Positions 31,707-41,690 of a DNA stretch of 64,000 nt are shown here, piece by piece. The position numbers were made by a program, and so were the translations under genes. The notes under the pieces were generated by a model. The model was not told the DNA's origin, ran no database searches, and saw only the letters and a list, made by a program, of their open reading frames with translations. The stretch lies in assembly GCA_963976765.1 (NCBI GenBank), contig CAXBME010000003.1, forward strand, positions 124,001 through 188,000, read 5' to 3'. Positions within the stretch are counted from its first letter, which is position 1; every line of letters begins with the position of its first letter. This stretch comes from an uncultured Planctomycetaceae bacterium. GTDB lineage: Bacteria > Planctomycetota > Planctomycetia > Planctomycetales > Planctomycetaceae.

Positions 31707-32039
31707 TCTTTTCCGACTGCCTTACTGTACGAGTATTCCTTTTGCCTCTGATTCAAGCCGCACACTTTAGCGAGCAGTCCTGAAGATTCAATCGAAACGC
31801 CAGGAACAACTTAACAGGATACGGCCTCGCATTGAGATGACGACACATCATCAGTTTCTGCCTCAATTTATGACGATTTTTTCTTCGTGGTTAGCCGCCG
31901 TGCAAACTTCGCTCGAACAGAGTTGACGGAGCTTGCTCGCACCGTACAAACTTCGGAGCCGTCGCTGACGGCATTTTGACCAGGCGACTCACAAGTCAAT
32001 TGACTCTGCAATTTTACGCACAGGCTGGCGCACCGACTC

Positions 32040-32723
32040 ATGAGCAACGATTTCAATTTTGATCCACCGGAAGATTCGGACGATGCTCCGAAAAATGACG
32101 GCAACGACGACGGACAGAGCAACCCGGACGTCCAGAGCCAGGAGATCCAGCACAGTCAGGTTGGCGCTCTGGTCCCTGAAAATGTCGCCCGAGGGGTATT
32201 CAGCACCGGAGCAGTCGTTCTGAACGGGTCACATGAGTTTGTCGTCGATTTTCTGCTTCGCATGACCCGACCTCACCAGGTCGCAGCTCGAGTCGTCATT
32301 CCGCCGCCAGTCATTCCCAGAATGATCCAGGCGTTATCCGACAACATTGAGAACTACAAAAAGCGATTTGGCGAGCCAAAACTGCCCGACGCCGCTCAGC
32401 CGAAACCCGACCAGCCGCAGCCGCAGGTCAACGCTCAGGAATTGTACGATCAGCTCAAATGGGGCAAGACCGAAATGAGCGGCACGTACGCCAACGCCGT
32501 GATGATCGGTCACACGCCGACGGAATTTTCGTTTGACTTCATTACGACCTTCTTCCCGAAATCAGTCGTTTCAGCCCGAGTCTTTCTGTCGGCCCCGAAC
32601 GTGCCGAGACTTCTCGAATCTCTGAAGCATTCATGGGGGCAGTACGAGAAAAAGCTGAAAGACTCCCAGAATCCCCCACCGCCGCCGACCGGACCGGAAT
32701 CCTTCGACACAACCCAGTTCTGA
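32040..32723 (+). CDS. Tandem DUF3467-like domain protein
   Basis: Two repeats: GVFSTGAVV..EFVVDF..VAARVVI and GTYANAVMI..EFSFDF..VSARVFL. Confidence 0.75.
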   Translation: MSNDFNFDPPEDSDDAPKNDGNDDGQSNPDVQSQEIQHSQVGALVPENVARGVFSTGAVVLNGSHEFVVDFLLRMTRPHQVAARVVIPPPVIPRMIQALSDNIENYKKRFGEPKLPDAAQPKPDQPQPQVNAQELYDQLKWGKTEMSGTYANAVMIGHTPTEFSFDFITTFFPKSVVSARVFLSAPNVPRLLESLKHSWGQYEKKLKDSQNPPPPPTGPESFDTTQF

Positions 32724-32782
32724 TCGGTTGACAGCCAGACCAGATTGACCAGTTCGCGAATCAGACTCTGAGGCAACCGGCT

Positions 32783-33682
32783 GTGCCGAATCCCAGACCC
32801 GAATTCACCCCTATGGATCGCACGGCTGCCGAGCGGCTGATCGACCTGGCACTTGCGGAAGACCTCGCAGGCGTGGGCGATCTGACGTGCAACGCGTTGA
32901 TCGGCGAGAGAGACCGCGCTGAAGTTCTGGTGGTGGCTCGTGAGGCTGGAATCGTTGCCGGGTTGCCGATCGGTGAACTCGTCTTCGCGAAAGTTGACCC
33001 GCTCGTTGGCTGGGTTCCGGAGGTTCCTGACGGAACTTCAGTCGAGCCCGGCCAAGTCGTCGCACGGGTCGGTGGTCCACTGACGGGAATCCTGATCGGC
33101 GAACGCACGACTCTGAACTTTGTCGGGCACTTGAGCGGCATCGCCAGTCTCACGCACGAGTTCGTCGAAGCGGCAAATGGGACGGCCGCAACAATTCTCG
33201 ACACACGGAAGACGTTGCCCGGCTGGCGAAGCCTGGCGAAGTACGCAGTGAGAGCGGGTGGCGGCACAAATCACCGGATGGGGCTGTTCGACGGAGTCCT
33301 CGTCAAGGATAACCATATTGCGTCGTGGTCCCGGCAGGTTGGAAATTCAAGACTCGCCGACGCAGTCCGGCAGGCTCGTGCAGAATCGCCGACGGGCGTG
33401 TCGGTTGAGTTTGAAGTCGACACAATCGAGCAACTCCGAGACGTGCTCGAAGGACGACCTGACATCGTCCTGCTCGACAATATGCCCCTTGACCAACTGC
33501 ATGAGGCCGTGCGGCTAAGAAACGAAATCGCTCCTCAGGTTCTGCTGGAAGCCAGCGGCGGCATCACGCTGCAAACGATTCGAGCCATCGCAGAAACCGG
33601 CGTCGAGCGAATCAGCATCGGCGCGTTGACACACTCGGCACGCTGCTTCGATCTCGGTTTCGACTTTCACCACATCGACTGA
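32783..33682 (+). CDS. nadC: Quinolinate phosphoribosyltransferase
   Basis: DTRKTLPG, NHRMGLFD, KDNH, EVD, LLDN, EASGGI, SIGALTHS. Confidence 0.96.
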   Translation: MPNPRPEFTPMDRTAAERLIDLALAEDLAGVGDLTCNALIGERDRAEVLVVAREAGIVAGLPIGELVFAKVDPLVGWVPEVPDGTSVEPGQVVARVGGPLTGILIGERTTLNFVGHLSGIASLTHEFVEAANGTAATILDTRKTLPGWRSLAKYAVRAGGGTNHRMGLFDGVLVKDNHIASWSRQVGNSRLADAVRQARAESPTGVSVEFEVDTIEQLRDVLEGRPDIVLLDNMPLDQLHEAVRLRNEIAPQVLLEASGGITLQTIRAIAETGVERISIGALTHSARCFDLGFDFHHID

Positions 33683-33841
33683 TCGCTGTCAGTTGAACGC
33701 TGACTGGTGGTTTTGTCGGTCGTCGGTCAAGCGTATGCTCGTCGGCGGCTGACTCCAGCCAACTGGCGGCACCGGCTGACGCCAGGATTCGATTTAAGCA
33801 CAGCTCGTAAACTCGGCTCAAACTTCAATCTGCACTCCACG

Positions 33842-34924
33842 ATGAACGACCAATCGGCAGCAGAAAATACAGACGACCGAGGAGCCCGGGAATTGAGAAT
33901 CGGCGATCGAATTCTCCCGTCGCGGTTCTTTCTTGCGCCACTGGCCGGTTACACGCATCTCGCGTTTCGGACGGCGATTCGCGAGTTGGGCGGGATGGGC
34001 CTGGCGACGACGGATCTGGTACACGCGACAGCGTTGTTGTCTCAAAACCGCAAGTCGCTTGAGCTGATCCAAACAAGCGACGTCGACCGACCACTCTCGA
34101 TTCAGATTTTCGGCAGCAAACCTGACGTGCTCGCAACAGCCGCCGCCTGGCTGGAAGACCGCGGTTACGAAGGCGTCGACATCAACATGGGTTGTCCAAT
34201 GGCTAAAGTGAATGGCCAGGGCGGCGGAGCGAGAATTGCCTGCGAGTACGACTCGGCCTGCGAACTGGTATCACGAGTTGTCAACGCGGTGAAAATCCCG
34301 GTCACCGTCAAGATGCGACTCGGCTGGGATCGCCACAACCTGACCGCGCCGGAACTTGCCGCCGCCTTTGAACAGCTCGGCGTTGCGGCGATCACCATTC
34401 ACGGTCGCACGAGAGCACAAGGCTTTGGTGGCTCCGTCGATCTTGATGGAGTCCGCAAAGTCGTCGAGGCCGTCGACAAAATCCCCATCGTCGGAAACGG
34501 CGACGTCCGAAGTGTCGACGACGCGTTGGCCATGCAGGCAGCGACCGGTTGCGATGCGATCGCGATCGGTCGCGGAGCGATGCTCGACCCCTGGATCTTT
34601 CGTCGGCTGGAACTGGCGGCGCTGGGCGAAGACTGGAACTTCGAACCAACTCCTGACGAGCAGGTTCACTTCCTGCGTCGTCATTTCCGACTGATGACCG
34701 AGCAGCATGAAGAGTACAGTTGCAGACTGTTCCGAAAATTTGCCGGCTGGTACGGCGCGCGACTCGGCATCCCCGAAGATCTCGAAGACCGCCTGCGCCG
34801 CTTCGAATCGTACGACGAGTTCGAAAAGATCGCCGACGAGATCCTTGCTCGACACGGTGAGCGGGAATCAACTGTCGCCACCGCTCTGATTAAAGTCCCG
34901 AACGGACCGGTCGAACGCTGGTAG
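33842..34924 (+). CDS. dusB: tRNA-dihydrouridine synthase B
   Basis: LAPLAG, QIFG, DINMGCP, VKMRLGWD, HGRT, GNGD, IGRGA. Confidence 0.9.
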   Translation: MNDQSAAENTDDRGARELRIGDRILPSRFFLAPLAGYTHLAFRTAIRELGGMGLATTDLVHATALLSQNRKSLELIQTSDVDRPLSIQIFGSKPDVLATAAAWLEDRGYEGVDINMGCPMAKVNGQGGGARIACEYDSACELVSRVVNAVKIPVTVKMRLGWDRHNLTAPELAAAFEQLGVAAITIHGRTRAQGFGGSVDLDGVRKVVEAVDKIPIVGNGDVRSVDDALAMQAATGCDAIAIGRGAMLDPWIFRRLELAALGEDWNFEPTPDEQVHFLRRHFRLMTEQHEEYSCRLFRKFAGWYGARLGIPEDLEDRLRRFESYDEFEKIADEILARHGERESTVATALIKVPNGPVERW

Positions 34925-34946
34925 CGGCACTACTTCCGAATGGCTC

Positions 34947-36227
34947 CTACTTTCGGATGGCCCAAAGTGAGTCGAACGTTCGGAGATAGATTGTTCCGTT
35001 CGAGATCGCTGGCGAAGCGGCGATGGCTTCTCCCAGCTCGTTCTGAGCAACCAGCTCGAACTTCTTCCCAGTCTTGACGACAGAAACGATGCCGTCACGA
35101 GCGGTCAGATAGAGGTGCCCGTCAGCGTAAACCGGCGAGGCTCGGTGCCGCTGGCGGTGAGTCCGCTCGAAGTAGTATTCCTTACCCGTTTTCTGATCCA
35201 GGCAAAACAGGTTTCCGTCTGCCATGCAGAGATAAACCAGTCCGTCGTGAATGAGCGGTGACGGAACGTCAGGAGTCTTTGCGTGGCTCCAGAGGTGGGC
35301 GTCTTTGTTGAAAGTAATGTCGCCTTTCCCGTTGGGGCGAATGACTCGAACCGGACCTCGTTTGGCGGTAGGAATGACGACCATTCCGTCAGCACAAAGT
35401 GGCGACGCGACAAAACGAAGCGTCTTGTCGTAGTTCGCTTTGACGTTCAGATTTCCGCAACGCCACAGCTCCTTACCAGTTTCAATATCGTGCGCGATCG
35501 TGTAATCAGCACCGTGCGTGACGAAATACTTCAGCCCACCGTGATCGTACATCATCGGCGACGCGTACGACGATTTGTTCTCATGAGTGCCGTCAGTGCG
35601 TCGCTTCTGCATCCAGATCTGTTTTCCGGTAGCAGCATCCAGGCAGACAACCAGGCCTTCGCTTGGTACGTCGTTCTGCTCGCCATGAATCAGTTGCAGG
35701 TAAAGGCGACCATCGTCAAGGACCGGAGTCGATGTGAGCCCGAAGGCAATTTTGAATTCGCCGTATCTTTCTGTCAGGTCGAGCGACCAGACTTCCTGAC
35801 CATCGACCGTGAAACACGCCAGAGCGCCATTAGCAAACATTGCCCAGACGTGCTTACCATCGGTCGACGGAGAATTCGCTGCCGAGTTGCCTTCGTCGCC
35901 GCGGACGTCTTTGTTTCCCGTGCTGACGACTTTGCTCCACCGAGTCTTTCCGTCTGTCCCGACGCAGATCAAAGTCAGCTCGTCGCCGACGACCGCCGTC
36001 AGAAAAATACGATCGTCCCACACCACTGGAGTCGCACCGCCGGAACCGGGCAGCTTGAGTTTCCAGGTAACGTTCTTTTCAGCATCCCAAGAGGTCGCCA
36101 GGCCGATTTCGCTGCTCATTCCGTCGTTCTTTGGCCCTCGCCAGTTCGGCCAGTTCTCCGCTTGAGCAAGTGAGCTGACAGCAAGGACGGCACAAAAAGC
36201 AAGAGCGCATGCGTGGCGAAAATTCAT
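34947..36227 (-). CDS. PQQ-like beta-propeller (BamB-type repeat) secreted protein
   Basis: Signal peptide, NWPNWRGP, repeated D..TGK..W motifs, ASPAIS..IYLRT. Confidence 0.88.
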   Translation of the reverse strand: MNFRHACALAFCAVLAVSSLAQAENWPNWRGPKNDGMSSEIGLATSWDAEKNVTWKLKLPGSGGATPVVWDDRIFLTAVVGDELTLICVGTDGKTRWSKVVSTGNKDVRGDEGNSAANSPSTDGKHVWAMFANGALACFTVDGQEVWSLDLTERYGEFKIAFGLTSTPVLDDGRLYLQLIHGEQNDVPSEGLVVCLDAATGKQIWMQKRRTDGTHENKSSYASPMMYDHGGLKYFVTHGADYTIAHDIETGKELWRCGNLNVKANYDKTLRFVASPLCADGMVVIPTAKRGPVRVIRPNGKGDITFNKDAHLWSHAKTPDVPSPLIHDGLVYLCMADGNLFCLDQKTGKEYYFERTHRQRHRASPVYADGHLYLTARDGIVSVVKTGKKFELVAQNELGEAIAASPAISNGTIYLRTFDSLWAIRK

Positions 36228-36287
36228 TTCAATTTCCTTGATGGCTGAAGCTCGTTCAGGAGTGGCGATCAAACAGGCAGAGGATTC

Positions 36288-36429
36288 AGCCAAAGAGAGC
36301 GCAGGGATCTCAGAGAAAAAAATCACGAGCAATTACAGGCAGGGACGAGCCCCAACTCCAGGCGTGATTGCTGAGTCATGCCCCAGCCTACGGTTCTTCT
36401 CTTCACAACACACTTTTATCTCTGTGGCT
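36288..36429. repeat. Degenerate fold-back intergenic element
   Basis: AGCCAAAGAGA ... TCTCTGTGGCT (1 mismatch). Confidence 0.35.
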
Positions 36430-36440
36430 TAAATCTCTCA

Positions 36441-37856
36441 CTACTTCTTCGGTCTGTAGCTGTGAGTGGCCTGGCCGAAGATGCTTTCGGCGGCTTCCAT
36501 GATTGTTTCTGACAAAGTCGGGTGAGCGTGGATGGAATCCGCCAGGTCTCGGGCGACGACGCCCATTTCGACGGCGATGACGCCTTCAGCAATCATCTCG
36601 CCCGCTCCCGGACCGACGATGCCCACCCCCAGAACTCGCTCGGTTGCAGAGTCGACGATGAGTTTTGTGATGCCCTCTGTCCGAGCCAGTGATTGTGCTC
36701 TGCCGGAAGCGGCCCATGGGAAACGGACCACTTTGACGTCGGCTCCGCTGGCTTTGGCCTCGTTTTCCGTAACCCCGCACCAGGCGAGTTCCGGATCGGT
36801 GAAGACGACAGCCGGAATGGCGACATTATCGAATTCAGCCGGTTCGCCGATCAGAGCTTCCACAGCGACTTTCGCTTCTCGAGTTGCCTTGTGAGCGAGC
36901 ATCGGCTCTCCGGCGACGTCTCCAATCGCCAGAATGCTGGGGTCGGATGTTCGCTGTTTTTTATCGACGGTGATAAAGCCTTTTTCGTCGACCGTGACCT
37001 TTGTGTTTTCGAGACCGAAGCCGTGGCTGTTTGGACGGCGACCAATCGAAATCAGAACTCGATCAAACGTCTGTGGTGACTCGACCCCTTCGCCTTCCAG
37101 CGCGGCGACAATGCCCGATTTCTTCGCGGTCAGGCTCGCAACTTTGGTGTTGAGATGAATGGCTTTGAACTGTCGCTCCAGTCGCTTCTGAAGTGGCCGC
37201 ACCAGGTCACGGTCGGCCCCCGGCAGAAGTCCAGACAGCATCTCGACAACCGTCACTTCGGAACCGAGCGCCGCGTAAACCGAACCCATTTCCAGGCCGA
37301 TATAACCGCCACCGACCACCAGCAGTTTTTTAGGAACGTCGGCCAGAGCAAGCGCGCCCGTTGAGTCCATGACCCGGTCGTCACCGAGATCAAAGAACGA
37401 CGGCATCGCCGGTGAAGACCCCGTTGCGACGATCGCGTGTTTGAAGCGGAGCGTTTCTTTCGAACCGTCCGGCTTGGCGAGTTCCAGCGTGTTGGAATCG
37501 ACGAACGTGGCGTACGCTTCGACGAGATTCACGCCACGAGCTTTACAAAGCTGTCCGATGCCCCCCGTTAGCCCACCGATCACGGAATCTTTGAAGCCTC
37601 GCAGTTTATCGAGATCGATTTTCGGCTTGCCGAACGTCAGGCCACACTCTTCGGCGTCCTTCGCCTCATTGATCAACTTCGCGACATGCAGCAGAGCCTT
37701 GGAAGGAATGCAGCCTCGCTGAAGGCACACACCGCCAGGCGATGGCTCGGCGTTGACCAGCGTCACATTCAGGCCGTGATCGGCAGCGGCAAAAGCAGCA
37801 GGATACCCACCGGGACCGGCTCCAATTACAACAACATCGGCGACAGTATCAGACAT
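36441..37856 (-). CDS. lpdA: Dihydrolipoamide dehydrogenase
   Basis: [35 protein letters not shown]. Confidence 0.96.
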   Translation of the reverse strand: MSDTVADVVVIGAGPGGYPAAFAAADHGLNVTLVNAEPSPGGVCLQRGCIPSKALLHVAKLINEAKDAEECGLTFGKPKIDLDKLRGFKDSVIGGLTGGIGQLCKARGVNLVEAYATFVDSNTLELAKPDGSKETLRFKHAIVATGSSPAMPSFFDLGDDRVMDSTGALALADVPKKLLVVGGGYIGLEMGSVYAALGSEVTVVEMLSGLLPGADRDLVRPLQKRLERQFKAIHLNTKVASLTAKKSGIVAALEGEGVESPQTFDRVLISIGRRPNSHGFGLENTKVTVDEKGFITVDKKQRTSDPSILAIGDVAGEPMLAHKATREAKVAVEALIGEPAEFDNVAIPAVVFTDPELAWCGVTENEAKASGADVKVVRFPWAASGRAQSLARTEGITKLIVDSATERVLGVGIVGPGAGEMIAEGVIAVEMGVVARDLADSIHAHPTLSETIMEAAESIFGQATHSYRPKK

Positions 37857-38070
37857 ATCTGTTCTCGTTTGTGCTTGAAACGTACGTTTCGTTGTAAATT
37901 GAATACGCGAGGAAGCTGAGCCTCAACTCGCGCAAATCTTCGATTCAGACACGCTAGCGGCGCGTGCGTCGATAGACAACTCCACCGGCTGCCGTCACCG
38001 GTCGCTGATCCGGAACAACGGGACAATGCCGCATTTCTGTCGACCTGCTGTCACGCCTGTCCCCTGCCAC

Positions 38071-40506
38071 CTACCGGGCTGCGGCGATGCCGCCTTTTCG
38101 CAGCATTGAGTACAGGAAAATATTCACCGAAATGCGGACGGCGTCGTCGGTGACGTAGCCGGCGCAGGCGATGGACGCCTGGCGTTCGAGGGCGCAACTG
38201 ATGTCGTGCTTGCTGTAAATAACGACGTAACGTCCGTCGATTTTGATCCCTTCCAGAAACGGCGGACCGCTGACGGCGCCACCTTCCAGCGTGGCGTTTT
38301 CCGCTTGAATAGCGACTCGGCGATCAACTTTCCGCAGATTATGAAACTCGTCGCTGGTAAAAAGCTCGTGCTCGACCGGAATCCGTTCGAGCTTCTGGCC
38401 CGGGAAAAGATCCTGCATGAAGTCTCGGAACGAACCGTCAAACGCCTTCGCTCCGCAGCAGGCATCAGCCATCAGCAGTCGACCTCGCAGAAGGTACTCT
38501 CTTAAACGCTCACGTTCTTCGGCGGTTGTGGTGAATCCGTGCCGCCCGTGCATCACCAGCATTGAGTAATCAAACAGGTTTTTGTCGGACAGAAGAACCG
38601 TCGCGGGTTCGGTCGAAGCAGTCAGTCCGACGGTTCTGTTAACGGCGGTGAGAATGTTTCGCGCCGCCGTAGGAGCCGTATCCCAGCCGCCGGTGTGTCG
38701 AACCTGAGCGATCTGCACCAGCCCGCGACTGACTCGTGACTCGTCACCGTTGCGGTTGGCGAGTTCCTGGCGTTTCAGCTTGTTGACCGGCTCCCGCCCC
38801 GTGGCGTAGGTAATGATATTTGTGCCCACCCTCATCGCTCGTTCGATGCGGCCAGAAAACTGAGCGGGACGGTTTGGCGGTTCAAGTTTCGACCAGCGGT
38901 TCCACAAGCAGGCTAGATCGTCAGGCACGTACATGATCGCGGTGCGGCAGCCGAACTCGGCACCCCATAATTCCGAGCTGTCGGCATCAAGCAGGTATTC
39001 CGTCCGAAAAACCGGGTGCTCTGCGGTCAGTCGTTGCAGGCTGGTTTCGCCATTCGGGTACATCTTCTCAATCAGCGTTTCGAAACCTTCCTTAAACGTA
39101 ACCGTGCCGCAGTTGTTGACCGCGAGGATGAAACCGCCGAGGTTCACGTACTCACGCAGCATTTCGATCTGGTTGTCGTCGAACTTGGGACGGTCCGAGC
39201 CGGACAGGTAGAGAACCGGAGCCTGATTGATGTCGCCGACCGTGCCGTCTTCCGATGCTTCGTTAATGTCCACAACCTGCCAGGTCATGAGCTTTGGCCA
39301 GCCCTCAGCACCGGTCAGCCGTGACGTCAGATTGCGGATATCATCCGGCTGTCGATTCCAGTCGTCGATGCCGTCTCTGGCGGCAACATCCGGGCCGTAC
39401 TTCAGCTTATTGATCAGGACCGGGGCCAGCCCTTTGGAAAGAAACAGCAGTGCGAAGCAGGTTGCGGTGTTGGCATCCGTGGCGTTGCCAGCCGGATCCC
39501 ATTGTCCTCCATTTCGCAGGTTCTGCATTCCGATCAACTGGCGAGCCCCCGAGCGGTACCAGTCATTTTCGCCGAAGAACCGCCGCCCACTCAGACGCCC
39601 CGCTCGTTCCAGTCCGTAGAGGTAGTAGTATTTCCAGGCTCCGGCGCCGGGATTCCGCGCAACCGAAAAGTGATTGGCCATCCAGCGGAGACCTCTTTCG
39701 AGCGACTCGTCGACCGTCGGCTTCGCACAACAGGACGGATTTCCGTCGGCATCGAGTTTGTCGTCGTCTCGCAGCATCGCCGAAGTCATTACCTGCACGG
39801 CAATTCCCGCCACGGTCATGCTGCCGGTGCTGTCGCCTCCTCTGGTTGAATACCCCCAGCCGCCGTCGCCGTTTTGAGCGCGTTCCCAGTGTTCCCTCGC
39901 ACTCTCCCAGACTTCGCGGTCAACAGGAACACCTGCCATAGCGGCTTCATACAAACCAAGGACGGCGAACTGACCGTTACTATGATCGCCACCGGTATCG
40001 ATTACAGCGTTCCTGTTTGTGGAGTAGCTCCAGCAGCCTTTCATTTCGCCGAACGTTTTCTGGGAAGACTCTAGCCGTCTGACCAGACCAGGCATCCGGA
40101 ATCTCTTATCGTCAGCGTCTTTTGCAGCTGCATAAACCATCAGAAGCAGCGATACCTCGTACGTTCCGTCCGGCTCGCCGATCGAGCGAAGGTACTCCAG
40201 ACCTTTCCGGACTGGCTCGTCGTCAGGACTCATGCCGCAGTTGAGCAGCGCCAGAGTCGCCAGGGCCGTCGTGCCCACGACGTGGTCTGCCGAATCCCAC
40301 GCACCTTTGGGCCCCTGCTGGGCAATCAGAGCCTTCTGCCCGCTGATGATCGACTTCAGAACGGCCTGCTCAGTCAGGACATTTCCCTGAGCCTGGACGG
40401 TGTTGGATGCCTGCGTTGCGACAACGCAGGCAAAGGCGACGACAAAGCTGATAACCCTGGAGATTTGCCACACGTGCGTCAGGGAGCAGATTCTATTTTG
40501 ACCCAT
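38071..40506 (-). CDS. Prenyltransferase-like alpha/alpha-barrel + two DUF4159 domains
   Basis: QNGDGGWGY, YYYLYGLERAG; two repeats of E..LREY..GG..(N/D)..CG...HP.F...G..(G/C)R. Confidence 0.8.
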   Translation of the reverse strand: MGQNRICSLTHVWQISRVISFVVAFACVVATQASNTVQAQGNVLTEQAVLKSIISGQKALIAQQGPKGAWDSADHVVGTTALATLALLNCGMSPDDEPVRKGLEYLRSIGEPDGTYEVSLLLMVYAAAKDADDKRFRMPGLVRRLESSQKTFGEMKGCWSYSTNRNAVIDTGGDHSNGQFAVLGLYEAAMAGVPVDREVWESAREHWERAQNGDGGWGYSTRGGDSTGSMTVAGIAVQVMTSAMLRDDDKLDADGNPSCCAKPTVDESLERGLRWMANHFSVARNPGAGAWKYYYLYGLERAGRLSGRRFFGENDWYRSGARQLIGMQNLRNGGQWDPAGNATDANTATCFALLFLSKGLAPVLINKLKYGPDVAARDGIDDWNRQPDDIRNLTSRLTGAEGWPKLMTWQVVDINEASEDGTVGDINQAPVLYLSGSDRPKFDDNQIEMLREYVNLGGFILAVNNCGTVTFKEGFETLIEKMYPNGETSLQRLTAEHPVFRTEYLLDADSSELWGAEFGCRTAIMYVPDDLACLWNRWSKLEPPNRPAQFSGRIERAMRVGTNIITYATGREPVNKLKRQELANRNGDESRVSRGLVQIAQVRHTGGWDTAPTAARNILTAVNRTVGLTASTEPATVLLSDKNLFDYSMLVMHGRHGFTTTAEERERLREYLLRGRLLMADACCGAKAFDGSFRDFMQDLFPGQKLERIPVEHELFTSDEFHNLRKVDRRVAIQAENATLEGGAVSGPPFLEGIKIDGRYVVIYSKHDISCALERQASIACAGYVTDDAVRISVNIFLYSMLRKGGIAAAR

Positions 40507-40839
40507 GTTTTCGGGGCTCCGACTGATGACAATCGACCGAATTCGTCCTGTGCCGTAATGTCGACGATTCTGGCGACTCCGCAACCCCGCTCCGCTCAGA
40601 AACGTCACTCAAGAGAAAACAGCACACTCAGACACTTCGCAACACATTTTATCGGCAAACAGGCACTCGCCAGCGGCCCTGTTTCTCGAAGTGGATGATT
40701 TCCGACGCGACCCATTGATCAACTCGGCACAGATTGCCACAATGCCCGATTCTTCAGCCGCTCAAAGGCTGACATGTACAAATTCAGAAGAAGTTGAAAG
40801 GGCCTGAATTGGCCCGCTGACGAACAAGGTTTTGCGATC

Positions 40840-41079
40840 ATGGGACAGACACAGGATTCACTCGACCGACAGCTCACTATCGCCCGAGAAAAGCTCGCGA
40901 AGTACGTCAGCGTTCTCGACGAGAAAAAAGTTGCCGCCAGCGACCGAAAACGCGACCCGATCTGGCGAAATCTGGACGCAAACTGCCGCCAGATCCGGAC
41001 CAGGCTGTGCGCCGTCGATGCTGTCGCCGCTCGCGAAGCTGAGTGTCTGCAACGAAAAGAAGCTGCCGCTGCGGAATAA
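40840..41079 (+). CDS. Small hypothetical helical protein
   Basis: 79-aa ORF with gene-like codon use and amphipathic heptads; lies upstream of tRNA-Ser. Confidence 0.55.
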   Translation: MGQTQDSLDRQLTIAREKLAKYVSVLDEKKVAASDRKRDPIWRNLDANCRQIRTRLCAVDAVAAREAECLQRKEAAAAE

Positions 41080-41257
41080 TTTCGCAGAGTAACTTCGTTT
41101 CAGCGGCACCAGTTTTTCAGCCGAAGAACATTTTAGATACGTGAACTATCGTCGTACCGGTCTTTATTCCAGAGACCGAAAGCGGCTTCACACTTGAACG
41201 GGTTTGCTTTGGCAGCATGACTGCCGGCTCGGCCACGAGAGCAAGCCATCGAGCTCC

Positions 41258-41342
<85 letters not shown>

Positions 41343-41350
41343 CTCTTCCC

Positions 41351-41386
41351 AAAGGCCGTCATCGCAAAACGATGACGGCCTTTTTT
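41351..41386 (+). terminator. tRNA terminator
   Basis: AAAGGCCGTCATCG-CAAAA-CGATGACGGCCTTTTTT. Confidence 0.85.
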
Positions 41387-41690
41387 CTGGGATGAGCACT
41401 CAGAAGACAGAGGACGGCCCAGCCGCGAGACCTCAATGTTCCTTCGAGCCAGCATCCGAACGTTCGAAGACCGTCTGATTTTTGAGCAGCTGCCATGTTC
41501 AGAAACGTGCCGAGAATAGCTTCCGAAAACTCGATTTATCGTGAGTCGTGACCGCAGGCAGGAACAAGCTCGTCGCATCTCTTGAAAGTAGCAGGCACAC
41601 TCCGTGCACCGTCTGCCTGCTACTCTGGTTGTGGCTCTGCCACATCCGGATTGAGGTTCCACCCGTTTTGGTTACGTTCATCCCTGTTGA

